Source: Minisyncoccota bacterium (GTDB lineage Bacteria; Patescibacteriota; Minisyncoccia; Phycocordibacterales; UBA9973). From it: a stretch of 64,000 nt of DNA. Positions within the stretch are counted from its first letter, which is position 1, and each line of letters starts with the position of its first letter. A model generated the notes under the pieces. It was not told where the DNA came from and ran no database searches. It was given only the letters and a program-made list of their open reading frames with translations. Position numbers and translations under genes: made by a program. Positions 29,427 through 40,448 of this stretch are shown piece by piece. The DNA lies in NCBI GenBank assembly GCA_041657445.1, contig JBBABV010000001.1:36783-100782 (forward strand), in the 5' to 3' direction.

Positions 29427-30804
29427 AATTTACTTCGCTTTTTCTTTCAAGAATATCAATAGGATAATCTCCTGTAAAAAAGGATGTGCAAAGATTTTTT
29501 TCTGGGAGTCCAATAGATTTTATGAGACCCTCTAATGAGAGAAAATATAATGAGGTTGCGGAAAGAAAATCTTTTATCTCTGCAACTGATTTATATGTAG
29601 CAATTAATTCATCTTGTTTTGGAGTATCAATACCATAAAAATCAGGAAAACGAACAGGAGGAGAAGAAATTAGTAAGTGAACTTCCTTTGCTCCAGCATC
29701 AAAAAGAGTTTTCACTAATCGCTTGGAAGTATGCCCTCTTACTATTGAATCATCAATTACTGCAACCCTTTTTCCTTTTAAAACTTCTGGCAATGGGACA
29801 AGTTTGAGAGCAACACTATTTCTACGAGACTGTTGATCTGGCTCAATAAATGTTCTATGAACATATCTATTTTTTACTAGTGCCATTTCTATTGGTATTT
29901 TAGTAACTTCTGAATATCCAATAGATATAGGTATAGCGGTATCAGGCACAGGAACAATAATATCTACATCTGGTTTGTATTCATTTCCAAGAGTCTTACC
30001 AAAATTTTTTCTTACATCATAAATTAATTTTCCACCAAGCACACTATCCGGACGAGAAAAATATACATATTCAAAAATATCATGTTTTGGTGTAGGAGAA
30101 GCAAGTTGAATTGATTTTAGGCCCGTGCTATTAATTATTATCATTTCTCCTTCCTTTACCTCTCTCACCACCGTAGCACCGATTGTTTTTATTGCACATG
30201 TCTCTGAAGCAATCACATATCCATCTTTTAATTCTCCAAGGGCAAGAGGTCGCATACCAAATCTATCCCTTACTGCCACAAGAGTATCCCTTGTCATCAT
30301 TGTAAGAGAAAAAGCTCCTGTAAGTAATGGAAATACTTCCTCTACTGCTTCAGGGAGAGATTTTCCTTTATTGAGTAAATACTCTATTGCATCAGAAATA
30401 AGTTCGGAATCAGATCTGTTTTCCTTTAATACTCCCTTCTCTGCAAGAAATTTTTCAAGTGCTTTGACACTAGGAAGATTACCATTGTGCGCCAAAGAAA
30501 AGGTTTTTTCTTTATCAATTGTAGGTTGAGCATGTAGCATTGCCCCACCCTGTGAGGTAGAATACCTATTATGTCCTATAGAAATAGACCCTTTTAGGGA
30601 ATTAATAGCTTCTTCGGTATAAACACTAGATACCAAACCTGCTCCTTTGTGTGTAAAAAGTTCCTTTCCATTACTTGTGGTTATACCTGTTGCTTCTTGT
30701 CCTCTATGTTGTAGGGCAAATAGGGCAAAAAAAGTAAATCTAGCTACTTCCGCATTCTTACTATAGATTCCTACTATTCCACATTTTTCTTTAATTTCAT
30801 TCAT
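29407..30804 (-). CDS. purF: Amidophosphoribosyltransferase
   Basis: N-terminal nucleophile CGIVGIY and a PRTase domain. Confidence 0.9.
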   Translation of the reverse strand: MNEIKEKCGIVGIYSKNAEVARFTFFALFALQHRGQEATGITTSNGKELFTHKGAGLVSSVYTEEAINSLKGSISIGHNRYSTSQGGAMLHAQPTIDKEKTFSLAHNGNLPSVKALEKFLAEKGVLKENRSDSELISDAIEYLLNKGKSLPEAVEEVFPLLTGAFSLTMMTRDTLVAVRDRFGMRPLALGELKDGYVIASETCAIKTIGATVVREVKEGEMIIINSTGLKSIQLASPTPKHDIFEYVYFSRPDSVLGGKLIYDVRKNFGKTLGNEYKPDVDIIVPVPDTAIPISIGYSEVTKIPIEMALVKNRYVHRTFIEPDQQSRRNSVALKLVPLPEVLKGKRVAVIDDSIVRGHTSKRLVKTLFDAGAKEVHLLISSPPVRFPDFYGIDTPKQDELIATYKSVAEIKDFLSATSLYFLSLEGLIKSIGLPEKNLCTSFFTGDYPIDILERKSEVNYEISKE

Positions 30805-31604
30805 TATTTAAAATAATTAATACCATTCATAATAATTTGTAAACCTTCTCCATTGATATCTTTTTTCTTTTTTCTCTTTGTTTTATTTTCCTTTGATTCT
30901 CTTTTTTTATATTGCCAAAGTGGAGATTGATGCAAAAAAATTGCCCTTTCAGGGTGTGGCATCATTCCTAATACTCGTCCATTATACCCAAGAACTCCAG
31001 CAATGTCATATAAGGCACCATTGGGATTTGGCTCAAGGTTTTGAAACTGACATATTTCCCCTTTTTTATAAACAAAAGCAACCTCTTTGCTTCTTCTCAT
31101 CTTTTCATATTCTTTTTTTGAAATCACATATTTTCCTTCTCCATGAGCAATTGGCAATGAAATTTTTTTGATTCCTTGAAGCCAAGGACTTTTTCCATTT
31201 ATCTCTAGATCTACCCATCTATCAATATATTTTCCTTTCTTATTATACGATAGAGCACCCTTTAATATACCAAGGTTTGTTAATACTTGGAAACCATTAC
31301 ATATTCCTATAATCAGAGTATTTCTTTGAAGAAATTCTTCCAACTCTTTCTTAAGATGATTTCTAAATTTATTGGCATATGCTTTTCCACTTCCAATATC
31401 ATCTCCATAAGAAAAACCTCCTGGAAAAACTAAAATATCATAATCAAAAAGAATTTTTGGTATAGCAATCAAATCATTTAAGTGAATAATATCAGTTTTT
31501 CCTCCAACGCTATCAAAAGCAAATTTTGTTTCTTCTTCACAATTAAGTCCGTAACCTGATAAAACTAAAACTTTTGGTTGTTTTTTTTCTTTTATTTTTT
31601 TCAT
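30804..31604 (-). CDS. purQ: FGAM synthase glutaminase subunit
   Basis: Class-I glutamine amidotransferase (GICNGFQ...H..E). Confidence 0.8.
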   Translation of the reverse strand: MKKIKEKKQPKVLVLSGYGLNCEEETKFAFDSVGGKTDIIHLNDLIAIPKILFDYDILVFPGGFSYGDDIGSGKAYANKFRNHLKKELEEFLQRNTLIIGICNGFQVLTNLGILKGALSYNKKGKYIDRWVDLEINGKSPWLQGIKKISLPIAHGEGKYVISKKEYEKMRRSKEVAFVYKKGEICQFQNLEPNPNGALYDIAGVLGYNGRVLGMMPHPERAIFLHQSPLWQYKKRESKENKTKRKKKKDINGEGLQIIMNGINYFK

Positions 31605-34591
31605 TTTTGTGAATTAGAAAAATTATGATATGTTTTATAAAGTTTTTCTACCTTCGTGTCAATTACTTTTCTTCCCATCTTGTCCAAGATAATTATATTG
31701 CTGTTCTTTTCAACCATACCAAGTTTGGTAAAAGCAATTTTGTAACTCTTTAGTATTTTTTCAAATTTTCTAGTATTATTCTCTGGCACCGAGGTTAAAA
31801 TTCTTCCCTGACTTTCAGAAAATAAAATTGAATCAATGTCTTCTGCTTCTCCTTTGATATCCTCTAGTGAAATACGAAATCCGAGCATTCCCCCTATAGA
31901 TGATTTTGCTAAAGCAATAGCTATACCTCCACTTGCAATTGAAATCGCAGAAGAAATAATTTCTTCCTGGATAGATTCTTCAAGAGCAGAATATATTTTC
32001 TTGTTTTTCTTCCAATCAACCTTCGGCACATTGTTTCCAATTTCATCTTCCTTTTTGTTTCTTTTTGAAAGCATTCTAAAGTATTCACTTGCTCCAAGCT
32101 CATTATTAGTTTCCCCAAGAAGGTAGATAATATCTCCTGCTTTCTTGAATTCAGGGGATACAACCTTATTATAATCCTTTATTACCCCTATAGCCGAAAT
32201 CAAAAGCGTGGGAGGTATAGATATTTTTATTTGATTACCTTTCTGGTCGTAACCACGAAAATCATTAAACATGCTATCCTTTCCTGAGATAAACGGAGTG
32301 CCATATCCGATAGCATAGTCATAGCATGCCTTTACAGATTCTTTTAACTGCCAAAGTTTTGTTTCTTCATTTGAAGAACACCAGCAAAAATTATCAAGTA
32401 TCGCTAAATGCTCTAGTGAACCACCTGCACAAATTACATTTCTTACCGCAGTATCAATAGCACAGGCAGACATATGATATGTGCTTATGTCTCCGTAAAA
32501 TGGATACAATGAAGAAGAAAGAACTACACATTTTTTTGAATTAAGCAGTGGTCTAAAAACCTGTGAATCAGTATTTACTATTCCTCTTCCTGAAAGTGGC
32601 TTAAGCACTGAACCACCTTGGACTTCATGGTCATATTGTTCAGATATAAAAGCAAAACTTCCGATATTTAACTGAGATAGCAAGTCTAGAAATTCTCTTG
32701 TTCTTTGAATTCCAGAAGGTAATTCTGGGCTTTTGTATGAAAAAACTACTTCTTTTGTTTTTAATTCTTTTTTAGGTAATCCATCATGAAGAAAGTTCAT
32801 AGAAATATCCATAATCTTTTTTTGATTATGATGCACAATACATCTTCCTGAATCTGTAAACTCTCCGATAACTGTTACCTCTACCCCTCTACTCTCAAAT
32901 AGTTTTTTAAAAACTTCCCATTTTCTTTTTGGAACAGAAAGAGTCATTCTCTCTTGTGATTCTGATATCCAAATTTCCCATGGGGTAAGTCCAGGATATT
33001 TGAGTGGGATTTTATTCAAATCAACTATTACTCCTCCACATTCCTTTGCCATTTCTGCTACAGAACAAGAAAGTCCACCTGCCCCATTATCAGTAATACT
33101 GTTATAGAGTTCCATATTTCTAGCCTCTTTTACAATCACATCACTAAGTTTTTTTTGAGTAATTGGATCTCCTATTTGAACTGCTGTCGCCGGAGAAGAA
33201 GAATCCATTGTAACTGAAGAAAAAGTAGCACCATGTATTCCATCTGCTCCTACTCTTCCCCCTACCATTACAACATAATCTCCAACTTTTGCTTTCTTTT
33301 CATCTGATGGTTTTTTATTTATTTTTTTTGGTATTAATCCAACAGTTCCTGCAAATAAAAGTGGCTTTCCTCTATATCTATCCTCGTATTTAATAAAACC
33401 TGAAAGAGTAGGAATACCAGAACAGTTTCCTCCTACATTTATCCCTTTTATCACTCCATTAATAATTCGCTTTGTAGAAAGCATTTTTTGTTTCTTATCT
33501 CTACTTCTATAGAGTGTTCTTTTGTCTTTAGGATCTCCAACACAAAAACCGTAAACATTTGCAATGGGTTTTGCTCCAAGTCCAAAGCCTATAGTGTCTC
33601 TGTTTACTCCTACAATTCCAGTAATAGAACCTCCAAATGGGTCAAGAGCAGAGGGACTGTTGTGGGTTTCTACTTTGTGAGTAATGAGATATTCATCATC
33701 AAATTCAATTGCACCTGAATTGTCTGAAAAAACAGAAACACAAAAATCATTTAAGCCCTTTTGTTTCCTAATATAATTAGTAGCACCTTTTATATATGTT
33801 TTATAAAGTCCATCTTTTATCTCATCAAGAGAATCAGCAAAAATCGTATGCTTACAATGTTCTGACCAAGTTTGAGCAAGGGATTCAATCTCTATATCAG
33901 TCGGATTTCTTCCTTCATTAAGAAAGTATTTTTGTATAGCCTTCATATATGGTAATGTAAGAGCAAGAGGTCCTCTCCTTACTCCTGTGGGATCCATAAT
34001 TCCCTCCTTCCCAATTTTTACAAGTTCCTCATCGGAGACATTCAAATCAATTTTTATAACTGGTTCTCTTTTTTCTAGGATAACCTGTGGTAATTTAAGT
34101 GGTAATGCTTTGTTTTTATAAACAACTATCCCTTTGTAAACAAAAGATCGTTCTATAAGAGGATTATAAAGAGAGAGAGAGATTTTTTGAATATCACTTG
34201 CTTTTAATTTACCCTTAATTAAAAAAACTCGTGAACTATATACTGCAATATTTATTTTGTTTTTATTTATACTAAAATAGTCAATAATAGTTTCCTTTGC
34301 AGTATTTCCAACATTATCTGTAACTCCAGGAAGAAAACCTACTTCAATAACATAATTTGTTGACTTTGGAACATGAATTTTGTTTATAGAAAATTCTTCT
34401 AAGACTTGATTGGTAAATAATTTACCGATGTTTGAAATTTGCTCAATAGAAAAGTGTCCATCAATAGTATATGAATCTATGATGGAAACTGAATCTACTT
34501 TTCCTTTTAATTCAAGGTCGCGTAAAGATTTCAGGTATATTTTTTTTCTACTATCGTCTGTTTTTTGAGTAATATATATACGAGAAATCAT
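31601..34591 (-). CDS. purL: FGAM synthase subunit PurL with fused N-terminal PurS-like domain
   Basis: 996 aa. The AIRS and AIRS-C repeats are preceded by a roughly 200-aa N-terminal extension, and a separate purQ lies downstream. Confidence 0.8.
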   Translation of the reverse strand: MISRIYITQKTDDSRKKIYLKSLRDLELKGKVDSVSIIDSYTIDGHFSIEQISNIGKLFTNQVLEEFSINKIHVPKSTNYVIEVGFLPGVTDNVGNTAKETIIDYFSINKNKINIAVYSSRVFLIKGKLKASDIQKISLSLYNPLIERSFVYKGIVVYKNKALPLKLPQVILEKREPVIKIDLNVSDEELVKIGKEGIMDPTGVRRGPLALTLPYMKAIQKYFLNEGRNPTDIEIESLAQTWSEHCKHTIFADSLDEIKDGLYKTYIKGATNYIRKQKGLNDFCVSVFSDNSGAIEFDDEYLITHKVETHNSPSALDPFGGSITGIVGVNRDTIGFGLGAKPIANVYGFCVGDPKDKRTLYRSRDKKQKMLSTKRIINGVIKGINVGGNCSGIPTLSGFIKYEDRYRGKPLLFAGTVGLIPKKINKKPSDEKKAKVGDYVVMVGGRVGADGIHGATFSSVTMDSSSPATAVQIGDPITQKKLSDVIVKEARNMELYNSITDNGAGGLSCSVAEMAKECGGVIVDLNKIPLKYPGLTPWEIWISESQERMTLSVPKRKWEVFKKLFESRGVEVTVIGEFTDSGRCIVHHNQKKIMDISMNFLHDGLPKKELKTKEVVFSYKSPELPSGIQRTREFLDLLSQLNIGSFAFISEQYDHEVQGGSVLKPLSGRGIVNTDSQVFRPLLNSKKCVVLSSSLYPFYGDISTYHMSACAIDTAVRNVICAGGSLEHLAILDNFCWCSSNEETKLWQLKESVKACYDYAIGYGTPFISGKDSMFNDFRGYDQKGNQIKISIPPTLLISAIGVIKDYNKVVSPEFKKAGDIIYLLGETNNELGASEYFRMLSKRNKKEDEIGNNVPKVDWKKNKKIYSALEESIQEEIISSAISIASGGIAIALAKSSIGGMLGFRISLEDIKGEAEDIDSILFSESQGRILTSVPENNTRKFEKILKSYKIAFTKLGMVEKNSNIIILDKMGRKVIDTKVEKLYKTYHNFSNSQK

Positions 34592-34626
34592 AGTGATATA
34601 TTACATCATTTGATTTTTTTTCTCAA

Positions 34627-36003
34627 TCACCAAAATCTTTTTACAAGATGATGCTCTAAAGGACCTGTGCCTATGTGGATAATAGGTACACCTAGAGTCT
34701 TTTCTAGCCATTTTACATATTCAAGTGCTTCTTTTGGCAATACTTCCTTTTCATAATCAGACAATCTTCCTTTCCATATTGGAAAACTTTTATATACTAG
34801 TTCAATCTTTTCTCTAGAAAGATCAAAAGGAATTTCTTCTGTTTCTTTTCCATTTATTCTATATGCAATACATACCTTTATCTCATTAAATCCAGACAGC
34901 ACATCAAGTTTGGTAAGAGATAATTTATCAACACCATTTATTTTAATTGCATATTTAAGAAGTGGAATATCAAGCCACCCTGTTCTTCTCAATCTTCCAG
35001 TAGTAGCCCCAAATTCACTTCCCATTTTTCGTAATGCAATACCCTGCTCAAATTGATCAATACTATTTGGATTAGGATTAGGATATTTTTCATTTTCTTC
35101 ATCTCTTTTTACATCTCTACACCACACACTTGATTTTTTACCACCAAGTTCTGTCGGAAAAGGTCCTTCACCGACTTTCGTCACATATGCTTTAAAAATA
35201 CCAAGTGCACCTCCGATAAGTTCTGGCTTTATTCCAAGTGCTGATGGAATACCACCTGCTATGGTATGAGAAGATGTAACAAATGGATAATTACCAAATC
35301 TCACATCAAGTAATGTACCTTGTGCTCCTTCTACTACTACCTCTCTACCTTCAGAAAGAGCCCTCTCAATTAATTCACTGGAATTTCTAACAGTAGTTTT
35401 CTTTAAGAACTCAATTCCCTCAAAAAAATTATCTTCTTTTTCTTTAAATTCTTGAGTATTTAAATCATAATCAAAATTTTTATTAAGTGTTTTTCTATGC
35501 TCCTCTTTTAATACTTCATATTTACTTTTAAAATCTGAATAAAAGATATCACCTACTCTTAATGCCTTTCTCCAAACAAAATCAGTATATGAAGGACCAA
35601 TACCTCTTCCTGTAGAACCAATTTTTTTAGTGCCAAGATTTTTCTCTGATACAGTATCAATGAGACAATGAGTTGGTAATACAAGCACTGAGTGTGGAGA
35701 CACAGAAAGTTTCTTGGTAAAATCCTGAAAATTTGGAATCATCTCTGATTCTTTTTTTAATGAATACGGATCTATAACCATCCCTCCTCCCATATGAAGT
35801 TGCGCTTTGCTAAATGCTCCAGATGGGATTAAGTGAAAAACAAAACATTTTCTATTTTTATATATAGTATGTCCTGCATTGTTTCCTCCTTGAAATCTGA
35901 CAATAACATCATTCTCCTTTAAAGTATTAGCGAGTAAAGCAACATCCTTTCCCTTACCTTCATCTCCCCATTGCAAGCCAATAATAGGTGTAATTTTTTT
36001 CAT
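34627..36003 (-). CDS. purA: Adenylosuccinate synthetase
   Basis: GLQWGDEGKGK P-loop. I trimmed the start to the ATG at 36003 (MKKITPI...). Confidence 0.9.
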   Translation of the reverse strand: MKKITPIIGLQWGDEGKGKDVALLANTLKENDVIVRFQGGNNAGHTIYKNRKCFVFHLIPSGAFSKAQLHMGGGMVIDPYSLKKESEMIPNFQDFTKKLSVSPHSVLVLPTHCLIDTVSEKNLGTKKIGSTGRGIGPSYTDFVWRKALRVGDIFYSDFKSKYEVLKEEHRKTLNKNFDYDLNTQEFKEKEDNFFEGIEFLKKTTVRNSSELIERALSEGREVVVEGAQGTLLDVRFGNYPFVTSSHTIAGGIPSALGIKPELIGGALGIFKAYVTKVGEGPFPTELGGKKSSVWCRDVKRDEENEKYPNPNPNSIDQFEQGIALRKMGSEFGATTGRLRRTGWLDIPLLKYAIKINGVDKLSLTKLDVLSGFNEIKVCIAYRINGKETEEIPFDLSREKIELVYKSFPIWKGRLSDYEKEVLPKEALEYVKWLEKTLGVPIIHIGTGPLEHHLVKRFW

Positions 36004-36004
36004 A

Positions 36005-37495
36005 TTATTCCTTTTTGTAATTAGGTGTAGGAGAAACCAAAAAAATATCATGTATGTGGCTTTCTTTTAGACCTGCTCCTGATATTTTATAGAATGATGC
36101 CTTCTTCATTTCTGAAATACTTTTTACCCCCAAGTATCCCATTCCTGCCCTTAATCCTCCAATGTATTGATAAACAACATGAGAAATAGGACCTTTGTAA
36201 GGAACATGAGCAGAAACACCTTCAGGGACTAGTTTGTTACTATCATACTGGTCCTGTTGAAAATACCTATCCCTTGAACCATTTTTCATTGCTTCAATTG
36301 AGCCCATTCCTCTGTATTTTTTGAATTTCTGCTCGTTAGATATTATAGTATCTCCAGGAGATTCATCAGTGCCTGCAAATGCACTTCCTGCCATTACAAC
36401 ACTAGCACCAAAAACAAGTGCTTTTACCAAATCTCCACTTTGTTTTATTCCTCCATCTGCTATTACAGGTATTCCAAGTGGGGCACAGACTCTATATACA
36501 TCAAGAATAGCAGAGAGTTGAGGAACTCCTACTCCTGATACTATCCTAGTAGTGCAAATTGAACCTGGACCAATTCCCACCTTTACTGCATTTACTCCTG
36601 CTTTTATTAGAGCTTTTCCTGCTTCGCCAGTTGCAACATTTCCTCCAATTATATCAAGTTTTGGATATTTCATTCTTATCTTTTTTACTGTTTCAATAAC
36701 CATTTTGGAATGACCATGAGCAGTATCAACACAAATCACATCTACCCCTGCATCAACAAGTGCTTTAACTCTCTCAAGAGTATCAAAAGAAGTTCCTACT
36801 CCAGCACCAACTCTTAATCTTCCAAGATTATCCTTTGTCGCATCTGGATATGCCTTACTTTTTGCCATGTCACGATAGGTTATAAGGCCAACCAACTTAC
36901 CTTTTTTATCAATTAAAGGCAATTTTTCTATTCCATGTTTCTTAAAAATTTCATTTGCCTCTTTGATACTCGTGCTTGGAGAACCTGTAATTAATTTAGT
37001 TGTCATTACTTCTGTAATAGGGGTATTTTCGTCTTGTTCAAATCTTAAATCTCTATGTGTTATTATTCCTTTCAAAATACCATTTTCATCAATAATAGGC
37101 ACACCACCGATATTGTGCTTTCTTTGAATTAAAAGAGCATCACCTACTGTTCCTTTTATATTAAGAGTAATGGGATCCTTTATCTTTCCTGATTCATATC
37201 TTTTTACCCTTAAGACTTCTTGTGCTTGTTCGGTAATAGACATATTCTTATGAATTATCCCTATTCCCCCAAGTTGTGCCATTGATATCGCCATAGCAGA
37301 CTCAGTGACAGTATCCATTGCAGCAGACATAAGAGGAATTGAAAGAGAGATATTTTTTGTAAGATATGTTTTAATATCAGTTTCTTTTGGAAGAACTTCA
37401 CTATATGAAGGCACTAGTAATATATCATCAAAAGTGTATCCCTCACCTAAATTTTTGGGAGAAAAGTATTTTTTATTCATCTTTATATAATACAT
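36005..37495 (-). CDS. guaB: IMP dehydrogenase (with CBS pair)
   Basis: Catalytic Cys loop [11 protein letters not shown] in the IMPDH/GMPR family, with CBS domains in the middle. Confidence 0.9.
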   Translation of the reverse strand: MYYIKMNKKYFSPKNLGEGYTFDDILLVPSYSEVLPKETDIKTYLTKNISLSIPLMSAAMDTVTESAMAISMAQLGGIGIIHKNMSITEQAQEVLRVKRYESGKIKDPITLNIKGTVGDALLIQRKHNIGGVPIIDENGILKGIITHRDLRFEQDENTPITEVMTTKLITGSPSTSIKEANEIFKKHGIEKLPLIDKKGKLVGLITYRDMAKSKAYPDATKDNLGRLRVGAGVGTSFDTLERVKALVDAGVDVICVDTAHGHSKMVIETVKKIRMKYPKLDIIGGNVATGEAGKALIKAGVNAVKVGIGPGSICTTRIVSGVGVPQLSAILDVYRVCAPLGIPVIADGGIKQSGDLVKALVFGASVVMAGSAFAGTDESPGDTIISNEQKFKKYRGMGSIEAMKNGSRDRYFQQDQYDSNKLVPEGVSAHVPYKGPISHVVYQYIGGLRAGMGYLGVKSISEMKKASFYKISGAGLKESHIHDIFLVSPTPNYKKE

Positions 37496-37520
37496 TTTTA
37501 ATATAAAATTTCAAATTTGA

Positions 37521-38855
37521 TTATTGAATCATATTCTCAAGTCTTGTTCCTTTTTTATATTTTGTTAATTTGTATTTTTTTTCTTTCCATGCTTTTTGAA
37601 CTATATCAAGAATTCTCCAACTCTCAATTATTTCTTTTCCGCTTGGAAACAAATCTCTATCTGAATTAATAGCACTAAAAAGTACCTGCTCATATGCTTC
37701 AGGAAGTTTCTTATAATGCTCCTTGAATGCAAAATGAAGCAGGTGTGGAGAAACCTCCCATTCATATCCTGGTTTCTTTAGCCAAACACTAAACTCAATT
37801 CCAGGATTAGGTTGAATCCTAATTGCAAGTTCATTTGATTCAAAATTACAATACTTTTTATATTTAATTTTAATTTCTGTTAATTTTCTATTTAATGCTT
37901 TTCCTGTTGTTACATAAATAGGAACCCCTCTCCAATTCTTATCTGATGAATACAATTTCATTGAAACAAATGTTTCAATTTGACTATGTTTATTCTTTAC
38001 CTCTTTTGCATAACCATCATATTGTGCTCTTTTTACACAATCATTCTTATCTAAATCACAAGTTATTCCTAATTTCTGAAGTGTGTTTAATCTTAATTTT
38101 GGAATGTTATTTATTGCACAATTATCTGGCAAATTCATTAGAGTGAGAGCAGTCAACTGAAGTAAATGACTCTGAACATAGTCCCTTAATGCTCCTGTCT
38201 GTTCGTAAAAGTTTGCTCTTCCTTCTATATCTATATTTTCACTAGCAATAATATCTATTCTTTCAATAAATTTATTATTCCATGTTTTTCTAAAAATAGG
38301 ATTTCCATTACGAAAAGTAATAATGTTTTGAACAGACTCTTTGGCTAAATAATGATCAATACGGTAAACTTTATCTTCATCAAAATACCTTTTTGTTAAT
38401 TTCACCAATTCCTCTGCACTTTTTAGATCATTTCCAAAAGGTTTTTCTAATAAAAGTTTAACATCTTTTCTTTTTGCAATACCAGAGAAACCGAGCATCT
38501 GTATTATTGGGGCACAGGCTTTTGGTGGAATAGATAGGTAAAAAAGTTTTTGGGCTGGTTGTCCAAATTTCTCTTCTTCTTTTTTTATTAGATTGTCCAA
38601 TTTCTCATATTCATTTTTATCATTTACATCCATCTCAAAAAAAGAAGTCACTTTTTGAACTACCTTTTTATTACTAGTATTTTTGAAAACTTTTTCTGTG
38701 TTAAATGATAGGTTGCGAGTTATACCTATTATTTTAAAATACTTAGGTAGCATTTTTGCTTTTGCTATTTGTCCGATTGCAGGTAACAAATATCTTCCAG
38801 CCAAATCACCTGAAATACCAAATATAACTAATATCGTCGGTTCATCTTTTTTCAT
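37521..38855 (-). CDS. zwf: Glucose-6-phosphate 1-dehydrogenase
   Basis: N-terminal FGISGDLAGR (NADP-binding) and the active-site motif IDHYLAKE. Confidence 0.9.
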   Translation of the reverse strand: MKKDEPTILVIFGISGDLAGRYLLPAIGQIAKAKMLPKYFKIIGITRNLSFNTEKVFKNTSNKKVVQKVTSFFEMDVNDKNEYEKLDNLIKKEEEKFGQPAQKLFYLSIPPKACAPIIQMLGFSGIAKRKDVKLLLEKPFGNDLKSAEELVKLTKRYFDEDKVYRIDHYLAKESVQNIITFRNGNPIFRKTWNNKFIERIDIIASENIDIEGRANFYEQTGALRDYVQSHLLQLTALTLMNLPDNCAINNIPKLRLNTLQKLGITCDLDKNDCVKRAQYDGYAKEVKNKHSQIETFVSMKLYSSDKNWRGVPIYVTTGKALNRKLTEIKIKYKKYCNFESNELAIRIQPNPGIEFSVWLKKPGYEWEVSPHLLHFAFKEHYKKLPEAYEQVLFSAINSDRDLFPSGKEIIESWRILDIVQKAWKEKKYKLTKYKKGTRLENMIQ

Positions 38856-39754
38856 TTATTATTTATCTTATGTCCACCAAAAGCATTACGAGTCAGGGCT
38901 AGCAATTTTGTCGCAAAATTTACTCTTCCACTTTGTGATTTGATTCTAACATCAAAAGAAGATGAAATAGAAGGCATAGGGATGTTGTATTCCTTTGCTG
39001 TCTCCAATGCCCACTTTGCTTCTCCACTTTCAGCTACTATCCCTTCAATTCCTTTGAGCTCTGGATTTTCCTTCAAGCCTTCTGCCATTAATCCATTAAG
39101 CCATGAAGCAATTACACTTCCGCTTTGCCAGACATCCCCTGCCAAAGCAAGGTCAATTTTATATGGTCCTTCTTTCAAAAGATGAAATCCTTCAGCAAGT
39201 GATTGCATCATTCCGTATTCAATTGCATTATGAACCATTTTTACAAAATGTCCTGAACCTGATTCTCCAAAGTATTGATATCCGCCATTTGGTTTTGATA
39301 GAGCTTCAATGATAGGTTCTATTTTTTGAAAAACTTCTTTTTCTCCTCCTATCATCATTGAGAAACCATTTTTATATCCCCATATCCCCCCACTTGTTCC
39401 TATGTCAATAAATGAATACCCAAGTGAAGCCAATTTTTTACCGCGGTCTCTTGTAATACGAAAATCAGAATTTCCACCATCAATGATAATACTTCCTTTT
39501 GGCAAAACTTTTATCCATTCCTTAATCTCATTATCAAGTGCATCTTGTGGAATCATTATCCATAAAATCACCATATCACTACCAAAAAAAGTAATAACAC
39601 TACTTTTATCTTGTGAACCATTTATGCCAAAATCTTTCATTTCGTTTATGGCTTCAATAGAGCGATTATGAGTAAAAACATCATGATTGTTTTCATGAAG
39701 TTTTTTTGCTATTTGCTTTCCCATTTTACCTAATCCAGATATTACTATTTTCAT
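38852..39754 (-). CDS. gnd: 6-phosphogluconate dehydrogenase, decarboxylating (short ~300-aa form)
   Basis: GxGxMG Rossmann motif (ISGLGKMGKQIA) and the 6PGDH signature GSGHFVKMVHNAIEYG. Confidence 0.8.
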   Translation of the reverse strand: MKIVISGLGKMGKQIAKKLHENNHDVFTHNRSIEAINEMKDFGINGSQDKSSVITFFGSDMVILWIMIPQDALDNEIKEWIKVLPKGSIIIDGGNSDFRITRDRGKKLASLGYSFIDIGTSGGIWGYKNGFSMMIGGEKEVFQKIEPIIEALSKPNGGYQYFGESGSGHFVKMVHNAIEYGMMQSLAEGFHLLKEGPYKIDLALAGDVWQSGSVIASWLNGLMAEGLKENPELKGIEGIVAESGEAKWALETAKEYNIPMPSISSSFDVRIKSQSGRVNFATKLLALTRNAFGGHKINNK

Positions 39755-40419
39755 ATATTTTGTTTGTCAGTAAAGATAGTAAATTTTGGAACATTCTTAA
39801 GAAGCACAACAGGTGTAAAATCAAGATCAACTTTTTCTTTTTTTAGTATGTTTAATACTTCCCATTTTTCCTTACCATGCATAAAAAGAATCGCCTCGTC
39901 CAACATACTAATAGTTTTTTGGGTGATTGTTATCCTCCTGAATTTTTCTGTGTCGTATCCAACCGCAAAATCATTTGAATCAACTCCTATGGTATAAGGT
40001 AGTATCCCCGCAGTATGAGCATCTACACCAACACCAAATAATCCAATTTTATAATCTGATTCATTAATTTCACTTTTAAGAAATTTATTAAAATCATACA
40101 CTGTTTCTTTGATTCCTTTTCCGTTTAGTATTGGATATAATCTTGCTCTTGAAGGATTAAAACCTTCATTAATAAGTCCTTGCCAGTTTGATTCACTGTG
40201 ACCAATTTTTCCATATCTTTCATCTGTAAGAGTGATGACAAGATTATTATAATCATTTCCTTCAAAAATATGAGATGCAAAAATTCCAACCTTTATACTT
40301 GAACCTCCTGTAAGAAAAAGAAGAACTTTTTTGCCTTTCTTTAGTTTATTCATTACCGAAGAGGCAAGAAATTCTCCTGCTCCTTTATAGTCACTCCCCC
40401 ATTTAATATCATAAGCCAT
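39751..40419 (-). CDS. pgl: 6-phosphogluconolactonase (NagB/RpiA/DevB fold)
   Basis: 222 aa with LFLTGGSS. Assignment rests on its position directly upstream of gnd and zwf. Confidence 0.55.
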   Translation of the reverse strand: MAYDIKWGSDYKGAGEFLASSVMNKLKKGKKVLLFLTGGSSIKVGIFASHIFEGNDYNNLVITLTDERYGKIGHSESNWQGLINEGFNPSRARLYPILNGKGIKETVYDFNKFLKSEINESDYKIGLFGVGVDAHTAGILPYTIGVDSNDFAVGYDTEKFRRITITQKTISMLDEAILFMHGKEKWEVLNILKKEKVDLDFTPVVLLKNVPKFTIFTDKQNI

Positions 40420-40448
40420 TATGACTATAATATCATATATAATACTTT

